From Mustelus asterias (Eukaryota): a stretch of 64,000 nucleotides of DNA. Shown in pieces: positions 60,890 to 64,000 of the stretch (within the stretch, counting starts at the first letter, position 1; each line of letters begins with the position of its first letter). The translations under genes and the position numbers were made by a program. The notes beneath the pieces are model-generated. The model had not been told where the DNA came from. It ran no database searches and saw only the letters and a program-made list of their open reading frames with translations. Where the stretch lies: the NCBI RefSeq assembly GCF_964213995.1, contig NC_135830.1, positions 9,424,001-9,488,000 of the forward strand. The letters run 5' to 3'.

Positions 60890-63800
60890 GTTTAGAAAGA
60901 GTGATGAGGTCCTGCAGCAGCAGTTTAGGGAGTTAGATAGAAATTTAACAATGCAGGACCTCGAGGGTTGTAATCTTAGGATTATTACCTTGGCTATGTA
61001 CCAGTGAGACTAGAAATTGGAAGGTAGTACAGCTCAACATGTCGCTAACAGCTGGTGTAGGGGGAAGGGTTCCAGATATCTGGACCACTGGGATCTCTTG
61101 CGGGGCAGGTGGGATCTGTACAAGGACAGCTTGCATCTAAACTGGAGGGGCATAAATATTCCGACCGGGAGGTTTGCTCATGTCACACGGGAGGGTTTAA
61201 AGTAGTTTGGCAGGGGGTCGGAACCAAAGCAAAGGTGAATTAACACAATGTAAAAGTTCTGGCGTTAGTCACAAGTAAGGCTTACATTAACACTGCAATT
61301 AAGTTACCATGAAATTCCCCGAGTCGCCACAGTTGGACACCTGTTTGGGTCAATGCACCTAACCAGCACGTCTTTCAGACCGTGGGAGGAAACCAGAACA
61401 GCCGGAAGGAACCCACTCAGATATGGGGTGGACGTGCAAATTCCACACAGACAGTAACCCACGCAGGGAATCGAACCCTGGTCCCTCGCGTTGTACGTTA
61501 GCGGTGCTAACCACTGTGCCACCTTGCCGCTCACTTACGGGGGATTAGCGAGTAGGGCCAGTAAGATTCAGTGAAAGAGCAGGCAGCGTGTGTTTGCTAA
61601 TCAAAGATGATCTGGTGGACTGACGTACATTTGTTTCAATGCGGGAAGTGTAACAGGTAAGAACTTAGGGCTTGGATTAATACTTGGAATTATGATGTTG
61701 TTGCCATTAGAGACTTAGTTAAGGGAAGGACAGGATTGGCAGCTTAACGTTCCAGAATACAGATGTTTCCAGTGGGATAGAAGGGGATCGAAAAGTGGTG
61801 GGGGAGTTGCACTACTGGAGAATATCACAAATGTACTGTGGGAGGACACCTCAGAGAGCTCATACAGCGAGGCAACATGGGTAGAGCTCAGGAATAAGAA
61901 GGGTGTAGTCACAATGTTGGGGGTTTACTGTCGGCCTCCCAACATCCAGCGCCAGAGGAACAGATATGTCGGCGGATTTTGGCAAGGTGCAAAAGTAACA
62001 GTGTTGCTGTGGAGGGAGATATTAACTTCCCGAAAATGACTGGGACTACTAAGTGCTAGCGCTGTGGATGGGGCAGAGTTTGTAAAGCACATCCCAGGAC
62101 GGTGTCTGGAACTAGTATGTCGATAGTCCAACTCGGAAAGGAGCCGTACTGGACCTGGTATTGGGGAATGAGCCTGGCCGGGTGTTGTCGATTCAGGAGG
62201 AGAGCAGTTTGGGAACAGTGACCATAATTCAGTAAGCTTTAAGGTACTGATGGATCAAAATAAGAATAGTCCTCAAGTGAAGGTGCTAAATCAGGGGAAG
62301 GCTAATTACAACATTATTAGGCAGGAATTGAAGAATATAGATTGGGGCAGATATTTGAGGGCAAATCAATTTCTGGCATGTGGGAGGCTTTCAAGTGCAA
62401 GTTGATAGGAATTCAGGACTGGCACATTCCTATAAGGCTGAAGGATAATTATGGCAAGCTTTGGCCAACTTGGATAGCGAGAGATATTGTGAGCCTAGTC
62501 AAAGAGAAAAAAGGAAGCTCATGGTTCCTGTGGCTATGACTCATCTTTCATTTCCTCACCCTGCACTATAAATATCTCTGAGTTTCTATGTCTTTTAGCT
62601 TTGACAAAGGGTCATCTGGACTCGAAACGTCAGCTCTTTTCTCTCCTTACAGATGCTGCCAAACCTGCTGAGATTTTCCAGCATTTTCTCTCTTGTCTGG
62701 AGAACAAGGAAGCATTTGTCAAGGCTAGGAGAATGGGAACACACGAAGGAAAAGTGGAATATAAGAAAAGTAGAAAGAAGCTTAAGCAAGGAGTAGGGAG
62801 GGCTAAATGGGGTCACAAAATGTAATTGGCCAGCAGGATTAAGGAAAATCCCTTTTTATGCATATATGAAGAGAAAGCAAGTAGCCTGGGGGAGGGCAGG
62901 GAAGGAAATCTATGCGTGGAGCTGGAGGAAAAGAGGAAATGGGCGCGGTATCAAATGAATACTTTGCATCAGTTGTCACAAAAGAGGAGGACTTGTTGGA
63001 TGATGAGTCTGGAGAAGTGTGTGTAGATAGTTTGGGTCATGATGAGACGAAAAAGGAGGCGATATTGGGGTATTTGAGAAGCACTAAATTAGATGAGTCC
63101 ACGGGACCTGATGGGAAACATGCCAGAATACTGAGAGATGCAAGGGAGGAAACTGCTAGGGACTTGAGAGAAATCTTTGTATCCTCACTAGTACAGGGGA
63201 GGTCCCAGAAGATTGGATAACGTTGTTCCTTTGTTTAAGAAGGGTAGTAAGGATAAACCAGATAATTAAAGGCCGGTGAGCCTTCAGCCAATGGTGGGGA
63301 AATTATTGGAGAAGATTCTTCGAGACAGCATTTACTCCCACTTGAAAATAAGTGGACGTATTAGTGAGACACAACATGGTTTTGTGCTGGGGAGGTCGTG
63401 TCTCACTTAGTTAATCGAGTTTTTCGAGGAAGTGGCGAAGATGATTGATGAGGGTAGGGCAGTGCATGTTGTCTACATGAAATTCAGTAAGGCCTTTGAC
63501 AAGGTCCCTCATGGCAGACTGGTACAGAAGGTTAAGCCGCACGGGATCAGAGATCAGCTGGCAAGATGGATGCAGAACTGCCTCGGTCATAGAAGACAGA
63601 GGGTAGTAGTGGAAGGGTGCGTTTCTGAAAGGAGGGCTGTGACAAGTGGCGTTCTTCAGGGATCTATGCTGGGACCTTTGATGCTTGTAATATATATAAA
63701 TGATTTGGAGGGAAATGTAACTGGTTTGATTAGCAGACGATGCAAAGATTGGAGGAATTGCAGATAGCAATGGCGACTGTCAGAGGATACAGCAGGATAT

Positions 63801-64000
63801 CGAATGTTTCGAGACTTGGGCGGAGAGATGGCAGATGGAGTTTAATGAACAAATGTGAGGTAATGCATTTTGGAAGGTCTAATATAGATGGGAATTATAC
63901 AGTAAATGGCAGAACCCTTAAGAATATTGATAGGCAGAGGGATCTGGGTGTGCAGATATCCAAGTCACTGAAAGTGGCAACGCAGGTGGAGAAGGTCGAT
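60890..64000 (+). mobile_element. Long decayed CR1 LINE (ORF1 SGNH-esterase C-terminus, APE endonuclease, RT), with a nested SINE (about 61265-61530, -) and a hammerhead-type repeat (about 62530-62695)
   Basis: SWCRGKGSRYLDHWDL..DSLHLNWRG (ORF1 D-x-x-H); endonuclease motifs (NAGSV, YDVVAI, VYCRPP, GNSDHN); RT YMKFSKAFDKVPH..SGVLQGSMLGP. Runs off the window end. Confidence 0.9.
62597..62635 (+). ncRNA. Minimal type-I hammerhead ribozyme motif, U3:A8 variant
   Basis: AGCT-TTGACAA-A-GGGTC(ATCTG)GACTC-GAAAC-GTC-AGCT: stem I AGCT/AGCT, stem II, GAAA and a GUC cleavage triplet. Confidence 0.55.

Noticed and set aside
1-64000. CRISPR arrays, operons or other prokaryotic systems
   Set aside because: The sequence is vertebrate (spliced V genes, SINE/LINE). 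No repeat-spacer periodicity was seen.

Overview
Eukaryotic DNA rich in retroelements, most consistent with a cartilaginous fish (shark): many HE1-type V-SINEs, CR1-group LINE fragments and Penelope (GIY-YIG) fragments. The left two-thirds looks like part of a T-cell receptor alpha/delta V region. It holds one apparently intact TRAV/TRDV segment (leader 7978-8023, V exon 8239-8545, 23-bp RSS 8546-8584, + strand) and one oppositely oriented TRAV-like pseudogene split by a SINE (4488-5141, -). It also holds a decayed IgM-type heavy-chain V segment (about 34602-35060, +) with no visible D/J/C. That VH lies at the junction of an old tandem duplication (about 20.3-32.9 kb vs 35.0-42.4 kb) and has a CTCF-like motif just past its RSS. 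One intact tRNA-Thr(CGT) and several tRNA pseudogenes are interleaved with the V segments. The right part has a C2H2 zinc-finger pseudogene with a mirror-symmetric promoter, an assembly gap, a ~3-kb polypyrimidine tract and an orphan signal-peptide exon (55260-55317). Several minimal hammerhead-ribozyme motifs lie in Penelope-related repeats, including a U3:A8 compensatory variant. Most ORFs in the supplied track are retroelement fragments or low-complexity artefacts. I found no clearly new multi-gene system. All calls were read by eye, and repeat boundaries are approximate.
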